This document shows positions 1 to 12,474 of a stretch of DNA of 64,000 bases, piece by piece; position 1 is the stretch's first letter; the number at the start of each line of letters is the position of its first letter. Source of the DNA: Haliotis rubra (taxonomy: Eukaryota); NCBI RefSeq assembly GCF_003918875.1, contig NW_025767668.1, forward strand, positions 1,984,001 through 2,048,000. The letters run 5' to 3'. The notes below the pieces were generated by a model. That model was not told where the DNA came from and made no database searches. It saw nothing but the letters and a program-made list of their open reading frames with translations. Made by a program: the position numbers and the translations under genes.

Positions 1-412
1 TATGTCGATGTGGTTGCCAGTGATAGATTGATATATCCATGTATGAATCCTACATGTAGAAGTAATATTTTTTGTGACAATTTGTAAAAATGGTGTACTG
101 ATTTCATCAAATTATTTTGTATATTTCAACAATTGTCCCTGTACAAAACCCATCACTTTCACCTGTAAACACATGTTGAGTTAGTCTGTCTCACAGTCCC
201 TGAACCACATTATTTCCCTTCCTTCCACTCAACCCTTTCTGCAAATGTTAAATCCCTAAATGAAGCTAGTCTAGATTTTCTCAGGTACAGGATTTCCCAT
301 ATCTCTTGGGCTCATTTTCATTTTAAAAGGAATAAAATGTTTGTACCAAAATTCTATATATTCAGAGACTTATGCTGAGTATTTATGTCAACCTTGATTG
401 TGATTCTTTCAG

Positions 413-617
413 GCTGACAGAAGTCAAACTGTTGCCAGTGATTCTGGTTCTGACTGGGACGATGAAAGCACTCTGGATTTCACATCACCACGGCAACAGA
501 AGAAAGTGCCCCTCCGATCCCCGTATCACACTGCCCAACAGGATGAAGAAGACAAGTCTGAGATGAGTGAAGCCAGACCCAAACCCAAGGAAAGGTCCGC
601 GGGGAAGCAAGTGAATG
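413..617 (+). CDS. Gene 1 (uncharacterised protein with hydrophobic C-terminus), first visible coding exon; gene starts upstream of window
   Basis: ttctttcAG acceptor, G|GTAAC donor; reads ADRSQTVASDSGSDWDDES...KQVN; phase 0->1, compatible with next exon. Confidence 0.75.
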
Positions 618-725
618 GTAACATTATATATTCATTCCTTGATGTGTGGCCTCGTCATCTGAGGTGGCATGGTCACCTTCACATCCAGGACCAGCATCGC
701 TTCTGCCTTTTTTTAACATCAAGCT

Positions 726-1199
726 GGGGCGGTGGGGTAGCCTAGTAGTTAAAGTGTTCGCTCGTCATGCCAAGGACCCGAGTTCGATTCCCCACATGGG
801 TACAATGTGTGAAGCCCATTTCTGGTGTTACCCGCCATGATATTGGTGGGGCACCGTGGTGTAGTGGTTAGCATACTGGCCTCTCACGCCAAAGGCCCGG
901 GTTCGAATCCCGATGGAGACATTAAAATTTGTGACCTGGGTCTCATACTGTGTTGTGTCCCTGGGCAAGGCACTTCGTCCACATTGCACTCAGTCCACCC
1001 AGCTGTTCAAAATGGGTACTTGAGAAGAGGTACGGACCTATTCGCGCTTAGTAGCGGCTTTGAAAGTACAATTCCATCAGGGTAATAATGTAACGCCAGA
1101 GAGCAGCATTGTGTTGGAGTCTAGGCACAAAAATTAGCATTATTATTATTATTGCTGGAATTTAGCTGAATCAGAGTAAACCATACTCACTCACTCACT
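726..1199 (+). mobile_element. tRNA-derived SINE family A, split by a nested SINE
   Basis: A box TAGCCTAGTAG, B box AGTTCGATTCC; tail gctggaat...(CTCA)n resumes at 1155. Confidence 0.85.
846..1154 (+). mobile_element. tRNA-derived SINE family C (CORE/Deu-like central domain), nested in family A
   Basis: TGGTGTAGTGG and GGTTCGAATCC boxes; gtgtccctgggcaaggcactt...cacccagctgt..aaatgggtac; (ATT)n tail; TATTG flanking repeat. Confidence 0.8.
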
Positions 1200-2824
1200 A
1201 ACATCCAGCTTACACATAAAGTTATATTATATTTCCTCTATCAGATGCCTGCGCCTGCCACTGCGTGATGCTGGGTCATGTGCCCATTTAAAAACATTCA
1301 TGTTGGGCCTCTATTAGTATTAGATGATGGCTGTCTAATACTGTGATATGTTGGTTGTTGATAATGACCCCCTTCCTGTGAATATAGCATTTGTATGATC
1401 ATAGTTACCAGTACTCAGTAAGAGTCTGTGGTATCACTGTAGAATTGGTATTTCATAATGATAAAGAGTTGTCACAGTGCCAGCATATATCAGACTAGAT
1501 TTTGGACCCCTATATACATGCTGGCCTCTAGCAGGCACAGGTCAGTGAAATACAGGAAGTTATCTTATAAAGGAAATACAGTAACTGAATTACTTTTTAG
1601 TGGCATTGAACAAGCCTCACTTGTTATAAAATGTTTGGAGACATAAAATACAGAAATTCAGATATTTACCTATTTGTTTGAAGGGTTTAAGTGATAGTAT
1701 TTGTGTGCATCCATCTCAGTCAGAGACATAAGGTGAGTGTGAAATGAATTACCGTCTCTTGAATGTGAGACGAGTTTCCTTTTGGTACTTAGTGAAGTGC
1801 TTGACCCTAATTAATTCAGTTACAATGAAACCAACATGATCAGGTGTGAATGTGAGAGTTTAGTTTTATGCCGCACTAAGCAATATTCCAGCTATATGGC
1901 GGCGGTCTGTAAATAATCGAGTCTGGACCAGACAATCCAGTGATGACAACATGAACATCGATCTACACAATTGGGATATGATGACATGTGTCAACCAAGT
2001 CAGCAAGCCTGACCATCCGATCCCGTTAGTCGCCTTTAAAGCGTCCCGTAACCCCCCCTAAGCATGATGGTTATTACCAGTTGTACATACACAGGTTTCT
2101 TGCTCATTGATTTCACAGTTTTGTATTTCTTCTAAAGTGATGACAAAGGATGACAATTATGTTCTGTAAGTTGTAAAGTTTACAGAGGTACAGATAAGCT
2201 GCGTATCTGCATAAATTACGCAAATATTTATGTGAAAACTCAATTCCTATTAAGTGTATTGCGTACACGTACGCTTCAATTTTTGTAAATACTCAATAAA
2301 TTTGATCTTACATGCGTACACACAAAATAGATAAAATAACTAAGGTATATTGAGAGGTTCTGTTTCAGCACCTGGACTTGGCAACTTGCAGTTTTCTGAT
2401 CGTTTGTCATATTACAGATCAAATATAAATAACAAACACGTAAACCAACATTTAAACTTTATTATATTTTTACAATTAATAGAAAAGGCAAAATACCCAA
2501 TTGAGTTTGAGTGAGGTGGGTACAATGTATTTGGTTACTCAAAGGAAAATTAGGATACCCAATTGAGTACATTACTCAATGACCCAAAATGTTATCTGTA
2601 GCTCGGAGTTTATGATTCAATTCTATCTAACATTAGTATGATTCCTCGATCAGTCTTTTGTTGGACAAAATATAGAAAATCCTCCACCATCCAATGTTGT
2701 GGTGGAAAGACTGGATAGTGATTTAAGCTACAATTACTCTCTATGGAACATGTGATGCTAAGTTAGCGACATACACATCGTCTCCCTGTTTGATGTATAT
2801 TGATGCTTGTGTGTATATTTTCAG

Positions 2825-2876
2825 ATAATGGAGAGACAGGCCAACGGAATTCAAACATAATCCCCAAACAAAGAAA
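2825..2876 (+). CDS. Gene 1 exon 2 (visible)
   Basis: ttttcAG acceptor, GTAGGT donor; DNGETGQRNSNIIPKQR; phase 1->2 bridges flanking exons. Confidence 0.65.
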
Positions 2877-3606
2877 GTAGGTTGTATTTCAAATACATAT
2901 TCTTTATCTGTCAGCACTTCACTGTTGTTGTCTAGTGGTAAAAGATTTGAATTTGCACCCTACTGAGGTGTCCCCCGCCGTGATGTTGCTGGAATATTGC
3001 TGAAAGCGGCGTAAAACCAAACTCAGTCAGTCAGTCAGTAGGCTACCCATCTTGTGGTAGAACTCTTTTAGGATTTTCAAGTTTTGATTATGAGTTAAAA
3101 TGGTTAATGTAAGAAACATCCTTGTGATTATGAGGTGAACTTTAAAATAATGTAGTGCCAATAAAATTATGTTTTTTATTGGTTTATAATTGTTTATGGA
3201 TGCACTGGCCCATATAATTAGTAAAGGTGAAACAAATTCCAATGGTTCATATTTTAAGTTTTAGGTTTTAACAGCTGGGCCTGATATTTACACTTTTGAA
3301 GTAGCCTCACTCTGATCCTTACAACCATCATGTTTTTACAACAAATATAATAATATTTTAATAGCCAGTTTGTAAATCAGCTAGTAACAGTAAAGTTTTC
3401 CAGATACAAAAAGCTGCTACCAGCAATTATAATTCACCACAAGGCCTAGGCTACTGTTTTCATTATTAGTCATGGTAATGTATAAAAGTTCTTGACTACC
3501 ATGAATGCTTTGCATGTGATTTGTGTAGTGCTTGTGATATTTTTGTGATGAATATTAGTTCTGTGCCAGTATTTTGTACAATTTTTCACCTGTCTTTGTG
3601 TGGCAG

Positions 3607-3683
3607 TCCAGCCGACACCTCACCTCTGATCCAGTCTCACCACCCAGACAACCCGCCTTATGACTTCAAGGGGGCACTTGAAG
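3607..3683 (+). CDS. Gene 1 exon 3
   Basis: tgtggcAG acceptor, AAG|GTAGAT donor; PADTSPLIQSHHPDNPPYDFKGALE; phase 2->1. Confidence 0.75.
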
Positions 3684-4170
3684 GTAGATGTCACATGTTA
3701 GTTTCACATGTCAGTAACCTTGGTAACTGTCACAAACAACCCACCTTATGACTTCAAGGGGGCACTTGAAGGTAGATATCACACATCAGTTTCACATGTC
3801 AGTAACCATGGTTACTGTCACAAACAACCCACGTTATGACTTCAAGGGGGCACTTGAAGGTAGATATCACACGTCAGTTTCACATGTCAGTAACCATGGT
3901 AACTGTCACAAACAACCCACTTTATGACTTCAAGGGGTCACTTAAAGGTAGATATCACACGTCAGTTTCACATGTCAGTAACCATTGTAACTGTCACAAA
4001 CAACCCACCTTTATGACTTCAAGGGGTCACTTGAGGGTAGATATCACACATCAGTTTCACATGTCAGTAACCATGGTTACTGTCACAAACAACCCACCTT
4101 ATGACTTCAAGGGGTCACTTGAGGGTAGATATCACACATCAGTTTCACATGTCAGTAACCATGGTAACTG
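3648..4170 (+). repeat. 88-bp tandem repeat, ~6 copies, spanning the exon 3 donor site
   Basis: Unit acaacccaccttatgacttcaagggggcacttgaag|gtagatatcacac...actgtcacaa at 3648, 3736, 3824... Confidence 0.95.
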
Positions 4171-4263
4171 GTTTATTGCCGTACCATGAAGTTATTATTC
4201 ACGGGGTGATCAAGGATGTTCCTCACAAAACTCCCATGTTTCCAAGGCCATCTATATTTTTGT

Positions 4264-4430
4264 GGGGGCGGTTGGGTAGCCTAATGGTTAAGGTGTCTGC
4301 TCATCATGCTGGAGACCTGGGTTCGATTCCCCACATGGGTACAATGTGTGAAGCCTATTTCTGGTGTCCCCTGCCGTGATATTGCTGCATTCTTGCTAAA
4401 AGCGGCGTAAAACCATACTCACTCACTCAC
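4264..4430 (+). mobile_element. SINE family A
   Basis: Full-length copy with A/B boxes and (ACTC)n tail. Confidence 0.9.
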
Positions 4431-4786
4431 TATATGAAAATATATTTCACTGATTGTATAGCATATTTTATGCAGTTATAAAATTTTGATCTCTAGGCCA
4501 TAGGCTTTGAATTAATTTATGTGGAGATCAAGTAATTTTGCATGAGAAACAATTTTATATTAGATATAGATGAAGAACGATCTAACTGACATGGATATTT
4601 TATGTGTGTGCAAGTTCAAGAATATATATTTCCAAAGTGGTGGGAAAACTGGGATAAGGAAACATTTTCTTGCTTCACATGGGAATGTCAGGGTTGGCAG
4701 GTCATGGGAAATACAGGAAGAAATAAGGAAACTCTGAGACAGTGGTCAACAAACATGAGCTGACCACTTGTCCTTGTGTTGTACAG

Positions 4787-4894
4787 ATGAGGGTAGACAG
4801 GAAGACATAGGTCAGCGGCCAGGTCGGGGCAGGAAGGGCAACACCTATGATGTCGCTCCAGCTCCACAACAGGTCAACCCAGCAGGGCAGGGAG
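4787..4894 (+). CDS. Gene 1 exon 4
   Basis: gtgttgtacAG acceptor, GAG|GTCAGT donor; DEGRQEDIGQRPGRGRKGNTYDVAPAPQQVNPAGQG; 108 nt, phase 1->1. Confidence 0.75.
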
Positions 4895-5882
4895 GTCAGT
4901 GTCTTTGTTTAATGGTGTGGCGACACAACCGAAACTCACCTACTTGTGTGTGAGGGGATGCATGGTACCAACATCTCTTAACAGCCTCAGTTCGAGTTGA
5001 GAACTGTATTCTTTATGTGTATGTGTTTTGGACTGTCTGAATGTCTGTAAATCTAGGACATTCTGAACAATGCCAAATGCTTAAAATAATGGCATTTACA
5101 GATGCCTTGTGATCAGGTTAAAAGATATATTTATATATTTCCGAAATAACATATTATGCACACATTTTGCAAGCATAAATATTGTTCTGTTATTATTTGA
5201 TTACTGAAATGGATGCTATGTCCTAACAGTTGAAATAACCCATTGCCGACGCCCGAGTCCAGTGTTTTTTTCTGTTGGGCAAGCAAGTTTGTATATCACA
5301 CTGTACCGGTGTCCAGTTGATATTCCAATGTTAATTATGTTGTTTATTTAAAAAATCAACAAGAAAACGGCCGGTATAGTGGAAAAATTATCAGGGCAAG
5401 TGATTTTACATTTGCCACTGTACCGGAGTACACTAGCAATTTTAAAGTTATTTCCACCCCTGTATTCGTGTGCCATGGCACAATAAATATTGAAATGGCA
5501 TGGAAGAATATGTTCACAGTCCCCTGGCAGTACACCTAAACTGATGCAAATAACATTCACCATGATACATTTAATGGAAAATGCAATTAATTTGACCAAC
5601 TCAAATGATTCAAAACCTAATTTTGTACCCCATCAAACTATTTATCAGTGGCATGTTCAATCTCACAGTTTAGCATGGGCATGGCAATTTTTACACTCCA
5701 TGAAACTTTTTATCAGTGGCACTTTCAATCTCTCTGTTTAACAAGGGCTTGGCCATTTTGAATGTTGGTGCAGATGACAGGAAATCTGGTTTCGGATGGC
5801 ATAGTTTCTGGGTTGACAGAAGGTAATATCTGTCAAACCAAATCAGTGACACAGACATGTTTTTGTTAAATGAGCATCTTGC

Positions 5883-6130
5883 TGATGTTCTTTCCTCGTC
5901 TGTACATCCGGGACCAGCATGTTGATTTCGCCCTGGATCTAGTTGTTAAATGTAGCTATGGTCCAGGGCCCCGTTTCACAAAGCTCTTGTAGCGCTATGA
6001 TGTTCTTTCCTCGTCTGTACATCCGGGACCAGCATGTTGATTTCGCCCTGGATCTAGTTGTTAAATGTAGCTATGGTCCAGGGCCCCGTTTCACAAAGCT
6101 CTCGTGGCGCTATGATGTTCTTTCCTCATC
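5883..6130 (+). repeat. 115-bp tandem duplication (~2.2 copies)
   Basis: tgatgttctttcctc at 5883, 5998, 6113. Confidence 0.85.
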
Positions 6131-6179
6131 TATCCGGAAAGCATGTTGATTTCTCCCCAGTCAATGTTACAGTATAGGA

Positions 6180-6289
6180 GGGCCCCGTTTCACAAATGCT
6201 CAGCCAATGAGAAAAGTCAATGTTACAGATCTTGGGCTACGAGAAAAGTTACAAGCTTAGGCTTACGAGAGCTTTGTGAAACGGGGCCC
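6180..6289. mobile_element. Short MITE
   Basis: TIRs gggccccgtttcacaaa / tttgtgaaacggggccc. Confidence 0.65.
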
Positions 6290-6328
6290 AGAGAGAGAAG
6301 TAGAGCTGAGATTGTCCATTTTATGCAG

Positions 6329-6457
6329 GTGGCGTGGGATCGTGGGATGACTCTGACGCCGAAGAGAGGACGTTGCGAGACCTGAACGCCACATTGAAGA
6401 AGGAGAAGAAACGGGAGACAGAGGAGAGAAATCGGGGGAAGAAAGAGCAGAGAGATG
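6329..6457 (+). CDS. Gene 1 exon 5 (charged, coiled-coil-like)
   Basis: ttttatgcAG acceptor, G|GTGAGA donor; GGVGSWDDSDAEERTLRDLNATLKKEKKRETEERNRGKKEQRD; 129 nt, phase 1->1. Confidence 0.8.
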
Positions 6458-7361
6458 GTGAGACACACAGCAGCATATATCCTGGTGAATCAATCATCAT
6501 GTTACACAGAGGTTTCATCATGCTACAGGAAGTGAATATGTTACAGATAGATACAGTGTTATAGTGACATAGCATGATGTAACTAAAAGGTTTAGGGGTT
6601 TTATTTATCACTTTCTTTTCTCTTGGGTACAGATTGAAATGTTATTGGATATTGCAGTTGTATGTTACATTTTGTAGGACAGTATGAATATTTGAAGTGA
6701 TACTCAGTAAATACATGTAGGATAGGCATACTGTACAATATAGTGTGACTATGTAAATACGCCGTGGCAGGATGACTAGAAGGTCACAAATTTCTTGTAT
6801 TCATGTCGTGTAGGAGACATAATTTTCTGCATAACATAGATTTAGAAAATGTTTTAGTTTGGTAGTATTAAGGAGAGAAGTGGAGCATACTGTTTTTCGA
6901 TGTAAATTAAATTCAAAACATCATTTTGTTTTTCTTTATGTCCCCCCAAAATGTGGTTCTCCTGTGCATTTAGTTTAGTATTAGTTCAGTTTACATGTCG
7001 TCAGGTTGTGACACAACATTTCTATATGTGTACATTCAAATAACAGATGAACAGGTGAGTAGGCTAATGGTTGTTTACAAAAGCGTTGGCTCGTCGCGTC
7101 GCTCGAATACATGGGCACAATGTGTGAAGCCCATTTCTGGGGTTGATGTTGCTGGAATATTGCTACAAAACCAAACTCAGTCAGTCAGTCAGTCAGTCAG
7201 TCAGTCAAATAACAGATGAGGGTATTACCACTTTCAATACTGCAGAACAAACATAGTGAAGAAGTAACAGTTGAATACTAGTATACATTAAAAAGTTCTG
7301 AAATGTTTCATAAGAAACAAATGTAACTCACAAGTTAAATAGAATTGTTGATTTTTTGTAG

Positions 7362-7465
7362 CGGACAGGTCCCAGGCCACAGATCTCCCCACCAGCAGGT
7401 CAGACAACATGAGAGGCAACCAAGCCTATAGCAGTGGCCGGAGTCAAGGGAGACAACTGGCACAG
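7362..7465 (+). CDS. Gene 1 exon 6
   Basis: ttttttgtAG acceptor, CAG|GTAGTT donor; ADRSQATDLPTSRSDNMRGNQAYSSGRSQGRQLAQ; phase 1->0. Confidence 0.75.
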
Positions 7466-7489
7466 GTAGTTCTTGATATGGGTGTGTTT

Positions 7490-8385
7490 GATATTGGTAC
7501 CGGTAGTCTTAATTATGTCCTTAATGCATTTAGTGCCTGATACTGGTAGTCTTAATTATATGTCCTTAATGCATTTAGTGCTTGATACTGGTAGTCTTAA
7601 TTATATGTCCTTAATGCATTTAGTGTTTGATACTGGTAGTCTTAATTATGTCCTTAATGCATTTAGTGCCTGATACTGGTAGTCTTAATTATGTCCTTAA
7701 TGCATTTAGTGCTTGATACTGGTAGTCTTGATTATGTCCGTAATGCATTTAGTGCTTGATACTGGTAGTCTTAATTATGTCCGTAATGCATTTAGTGCTT
7801 GATATTGGTAGTCTTAATTATGTCCTTAATGCATTCAGGGACCGTTCATATTTTATGGTGGGGGTGGGGTGGGATGGTGTGTGTGTGTGGATAATGATGA
7901 TTTTCATGGAGAAGCATGTACAATGTGAATGGCCCCCCCTAAAATCTATGTACAAAGTAAGTGACCCCGCCCTGCATGTCATGTACAAAATCAATGACCC
8001 TTCCCTTCCCATAATTGTTAAGCATATTTTTTAAATATTTCTATGTACAAAATTGCTGACCCCCTAGTACATTAGTGCTGGTATTGGCATACAACCTGCG
8101 ATACGATACATCATGATGATAACATTTTACTCGTGCCGATATATTGCCAAAGCATTGTTCACTGAAGCTGCGATACAATACGAATCCCGATATAAGGGTG
8201 GCGATATGATACGTATCACGATACTAAAATCCTTAATTTTAACACCAACTATAAAACACCTTAATATCAAAGCAAACCCCCCTTCCCTAAATCAGCATCA
8301 CCCCCTAGCCATAAATTATGAACGGTCTCTTTAGTGCTTGATATTGGTAGTCTTAATTATGTCCTTAATGCATTTAGTGCTTGAC
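7490..8385 (+). repeat. 43-bp minisatellite interrupted by a MITE
   Basis: Unit tgatactggtagtcttaattatgtccttaatgcatttagtgct; resumes at 8331. Confidence 0.9.
7837..8330. mobile_element. MITE with a nested element (~8072-8252); related copy at ~50200-50455
   Basis: TIRs agggaccgttcata.tttatgg / ccataaattatgaacggtctct; interrupts the 43-bp minisatellite. Confidence 0.75.
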
Positions 8386-9292
8386 ACAGGTGGGAAGTTG
8401 TTAACACAGCATAAGAAAAGGAAGATTTTTGGATGTCTACTTCTTTATTGCCAATAACACGATGTTTCGGGGTGTATACTTGCTCCTTCATCAGGTGGAT
8501 GGTAGGGAGTATGGAGGGAGATATATATACATACATGAGGCACTGCAAAGAAAACATGTATAACAGTCTTTAACAATGTTGAGGAAATAAATATGTAAAA
8601 CAAACATGAGGCCAGTGATACACTTAAACAACATTGTAATAGATGTGGTGGGATATAATACAAACACGATTCTTTATCCACAATAAAGAAGTTGACACCC
8701 AAAAATATTGCTCTTCTTATGCATTCCACTTCTAAATGCCCTTCAAAGATTTAGTCATTAAGGGAGGTTTGATGTGACAAAATGTGCCATTTCAGGTTTG
8801 ATTACCAGGCTTCTTTATCAGATGTAATGATTAAGTTTCATTATTAAGTTTCATTTTAAGGTTTCATCATCAGATTTCTTTGTGAAATTTCATTATCAAG
8901 TCCCCATTATCTGGCTTCATTGATAGGTGACATTATTGGGGCGTTGTATTTTTGTACTTAAGCAATAGTGATATGCCGTAACTGAACTTAAATGCAAGAA
9001 TATTTTCAGGTAGGATTCATAGGTAGATCCAGAGGGGGGATGCAAGGGTGTGCACCCCATCCCCACCCCTTGTCCTGAAAGTCTGAAAGTTTATTAAATG
9101 ATTGAAACTCCCGTGAAAACGGGTGAAGTTGAACTGTGAAAAAACAAACAACAACCCACCCCCCACACACACCGCCCCCTGGGAATTTCTTTTACTTTTA
9201 GAATTATGTGACTTAATCATTTTCAGTGGCTTCCAAAAATCCTGACTCCAGAAACAGGAAACACTCATTTTGAAATGTCGCCTATCTTCCAG

Positions 9293-9459
9293 CAATATGA
9301 CCAGCCTTATGAGCAAGATGTTCCCTATGAAGACGTGACACGACGAGAAGTCATGTCACCATACAGCGCTCGTGACGTCCTGGTGAACATGCCAGGCGAC
9401 AAACATCTGGATAACCCTGACCTTCTTCCTGTGGTCTTCCATGACGAGGAGGGAGCAAG
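9293..9459 (+). CDS. Gene 1 exon 7
   Basis: tcttccAG acceptor, AAG|GTCAGC donor; QYDQPYEQDVPYEDV...LLPVVFHDEEGA; phase 0->2. Confidence 0.8.
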
Positions 9460-9969
9460 GTCAGCTTCCTCTCAATTAATTTACAGTATTACCGTTGTAA
9501 CAAACTTAAAGGGACCTCTGATATTAGTTGGTTTAATTGCATAGAATTATTTACAGACTGCCACCATATAACTGGAATATTAGCTGAGTGCAACGTTAAA
9601 AGACAAACAGTCAATCGTTAGATGTATTTTGGCTAAAATATACAGCAACTGGCTACGACAAAAGATACATTGATATAGTCGTCAGTTCATTATACCATAA
9701 TTTACTGTATTTGTTATCAGTAAAATATTATGAATGCACTCAGTGAGGATTCTAAATTGGTCCCGAGCAACCTTTCAGAGGAGACCATATGGATCATTGC
9801 TCATGCTTGGTGTATGGATATTTTGGATGTGAACGAATGGATCGTTGGTCACAATATCAACCACAGAGTTTTCTGGTCCAGATTTGATTAATTTGCTGGT
9901 CATCATCTTTCAGCTGTAATATTGCTGAGTGTGTTGGCATACAACGATCATCAAACACATTGTAATTTT

Positions 9970-11712
9970 TTAATGTTTTAGTGTGACATGTTGTGTTGAC
10001 AGATGTTGTAGTGTGACATGTGTTGTAGGATGTTGTAGTGTGACATGCATTGTAGGATGTTGTAGTATGGGTTGTGTTGTAGGATGTTGTAGTATGGGTT
10101 GTTGTGTTGTAGGATGTTGTAGTGTGACATGTTGTGTTGTAGGATGTTGTAGTATGGGTTGTTGTGTTGTAGGATGTTGTAGTGTGACATGTTGTGTTGT
10201 AGGATGTTGTAGTATGGGTTGTTGTGTTGCAGGATGTTGTAGTGTGACATGTTGTGTTGACAGATGTAGTATGGGTTGTGTTGTAGGAAGTTGTAGTGTG
10301 ACATGTTGTGTTGACAGATGTTTTAGTATGGGTTGTTGTGTTGTGGGATGTTGTAGTGTGACGTGTTGTGTTGTAGGATGTTGTAGTATGGGGTTGTTGT
10401 GTTGTATGATGTTGTAGTGTGACATGTTTGTGTTGTAGGATGTTGTAGTATAGGTTGTTGTGTTGCAGGATGTTGTAGTGTGACATGTTGTGTTGACAGA
10501 TGTAGTATGGGTTGTGTTGTAGGAAGTTGTAGTGTGACATGTTGTGTTGACAGATGTTGTAGTATGGGTTGTTGTGTTGCAGGATGTTGTAGTGTGACAT
10601 GTGTTGACAGATGTAGTATGGGTTGTGTTGTAGGAAGTTGTAGTGTGACATGTTGTGTTGACAGATGTTTTAGTATGGGTTGTTGTGTTGTGGGATGTTG
10701 TAGTGTGACGTGTTGTGTTGTAGGATGTTGTAGTATGGGTTGTTGTGTTGTAGGATGTTGTAGTGTGACATGTTGTGTTGACAGATGTTTTAGTATGGGT
10801 TGTTGTGTTGTAGGATGTTGTAGTTTGACATGTTGTGTTGACAGATATTGTAGTATGGGTTGTGTTGTAGGATGTTGTAGTGTGATGTGTTGTATGATGT
10901 TGTAGTGTGACATGTTGTGTTGTAGGATGTTGTAGTATGGGTTGTTGTGTTGTAGGATGTTGTAGTGTGACATGTTGTGTTGTAGGATGTTGTAGTATGG
11001 GTTGTTGTGTTGTAGGATGTTGTAGTGTGACATGTGTTGTAGGATGTTGTAGTATGGGTTGTTGTGTTGCAGGATGTTGTAGTGTGACATGTTGTGTTGA
11101 CAGATGTAGTATGGGTTGTGTTGTAGGAAGTTGTAGTGTGACATGTTGTGTTGACAGATGTTGTAGTATGGGTTGTTGTGTTGCAGGATGTTGTAGTGTG
11201 ACATGTTGTGTTGACAGATGTAGTATGGGTTGTGTTGTAGGAAGTTGTAGTGTGACATGTTGTGTTGACAGATGTTTTAGTATGGGTTGTTGTGTTGTGG
11301 GATGTTGTAGTGTGGCGTGTTGTGTTGTAGGATGTTGTAGTATGGGTTGTTGTGTTGTAGGAAGTTGTAGTGTGACATGTTGTGTTGACAGATGTTTTAG
11401 TATGGGTTGTTGTGTTGTAGGATGTTGTAGTTTGACATGTTGTGTTGACAGATATTGTAGTATGGGTTGTGTTGTAGGATGTTGTAGTGTGATGTGTTGT
11501 ATGATGTTGTAGTGTGACATGTTGTGTTGTAGGATGTTGTAGTATGGGTTGTTGTGTTGTAGGATGTTGTAGTGTGACATGTTGGGTTGTAGGATGTTGT
11601 AGTATGGGTTGTTGTGTTGTAGGATGTTGTAGTATGGCTTGTGTTGTAGGATGTTGTAGTGTGACATGTGTTGACAGATATTGTAGTATGGGTTGTTGTG
11701 TTGTAGGATGTT
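9970..11712 (+). repeat. GT-rich ~30/60-bp minisatellite ending at the exon 8 acceptor (remnant at 30391-30768)
   Basis: Alternating gttgttgtgttgtaggatgttgtagtgtgacat / ...gtagtatgg units. Confidence 0.95.
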
Positions 11713-11796
11713 ATACCACTTCCACCCGTGCAACATGAAGATGTACGAAGTGCCTGACACCGAGGATGCAGCCATCATGCCTGGTGTGGCTGACAA
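11707..11796 (+). CDS. Gene 1 exon 8
   Basis: gtgttgtAG acceptor at end of satellite, AA|GTAAGT donor; RMLYHFHPCNMKMYEVPDTEDAAIMPGVAD; 90 nt, phase 2->2. Confidence 0.8.
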
Positions 11797-11983
11797 GTAA
11801 GTACATAAACATGACATGAATAAGTGCTTGTGCTACCAGGACCATGGGGTTCGATTCCCCACAAGGGTACAATGTGTGGAGCCCATATCTGGTGTCCCCT
11901 GCTGCGATATTGCTGGAATATTGCTAAAAGTGGCGTAAAACTAAATTCACTCACTCACTCGCTTGTGCTACCTCTGAAACCGA

Positions 11984-12474
11984 CTATAGTTTGTTTTCAG
12001 TGAAAACGTACCAACGAATTTCACTTTAAGCAAAAAAGTAAATCAAATAAAGTGAACTTCAGATTGCGAATCGTCATAATTTTACCTTGCCAGTTGAAAG
12101 TATATATCTCAAAATTTTATTCAACTTAGGATAAAAGTTGTTTAACAAACGATCATAGTTTCAAATCACTATTATTGGTTTGTATTACAAGGGGGTAAGC
12201 GCAGTAGTTGGAACAGTAAAACAAATGCATAATGTGCGGTACGTGATGAGCGTTAACTTAGACCAACCCTGCTTTTTCTCAGTGTTTCATTTAATGTGTA
12301 AACCCCCTTGTAATACAAACCAATCATAGCGATTTGATTAAACTATGATCATTTGTTCAACAACTTTTATCCCAAGTTGAATAAAATTCTGAGATTTAAA
12401 TGTTCAGTTGACAAGGTAAAATTATGAGGATTCGCAATCGCAATCGGTACGTTTTCACTGCAAACAGACTATAG
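11984..12474. mobile_element. Foldback MITE (duplicate at 31036-31514)
   Basis: Long inverted arms ctatagtttgttttcagtgaaaacgtacc / ggtacgttttcactgcaaacagactatag. Confidence 0.8.

Noticed and set aside
848-920. tRNA gene candidates (also SINE A heads and the TRIM LTRs)
   Set aside because: Acceptor stems do not pair and each continues into a repeat body; these are tRNA-derived TE parts
9857-11817. Long Cys-rich or His/Thr/Gln-rich ORFs (up to 615 aa) resembling metallothionein/keratin-associated proteins
   Set aside because: They are translations of an intronic minisatellite, open in several frames on both strands
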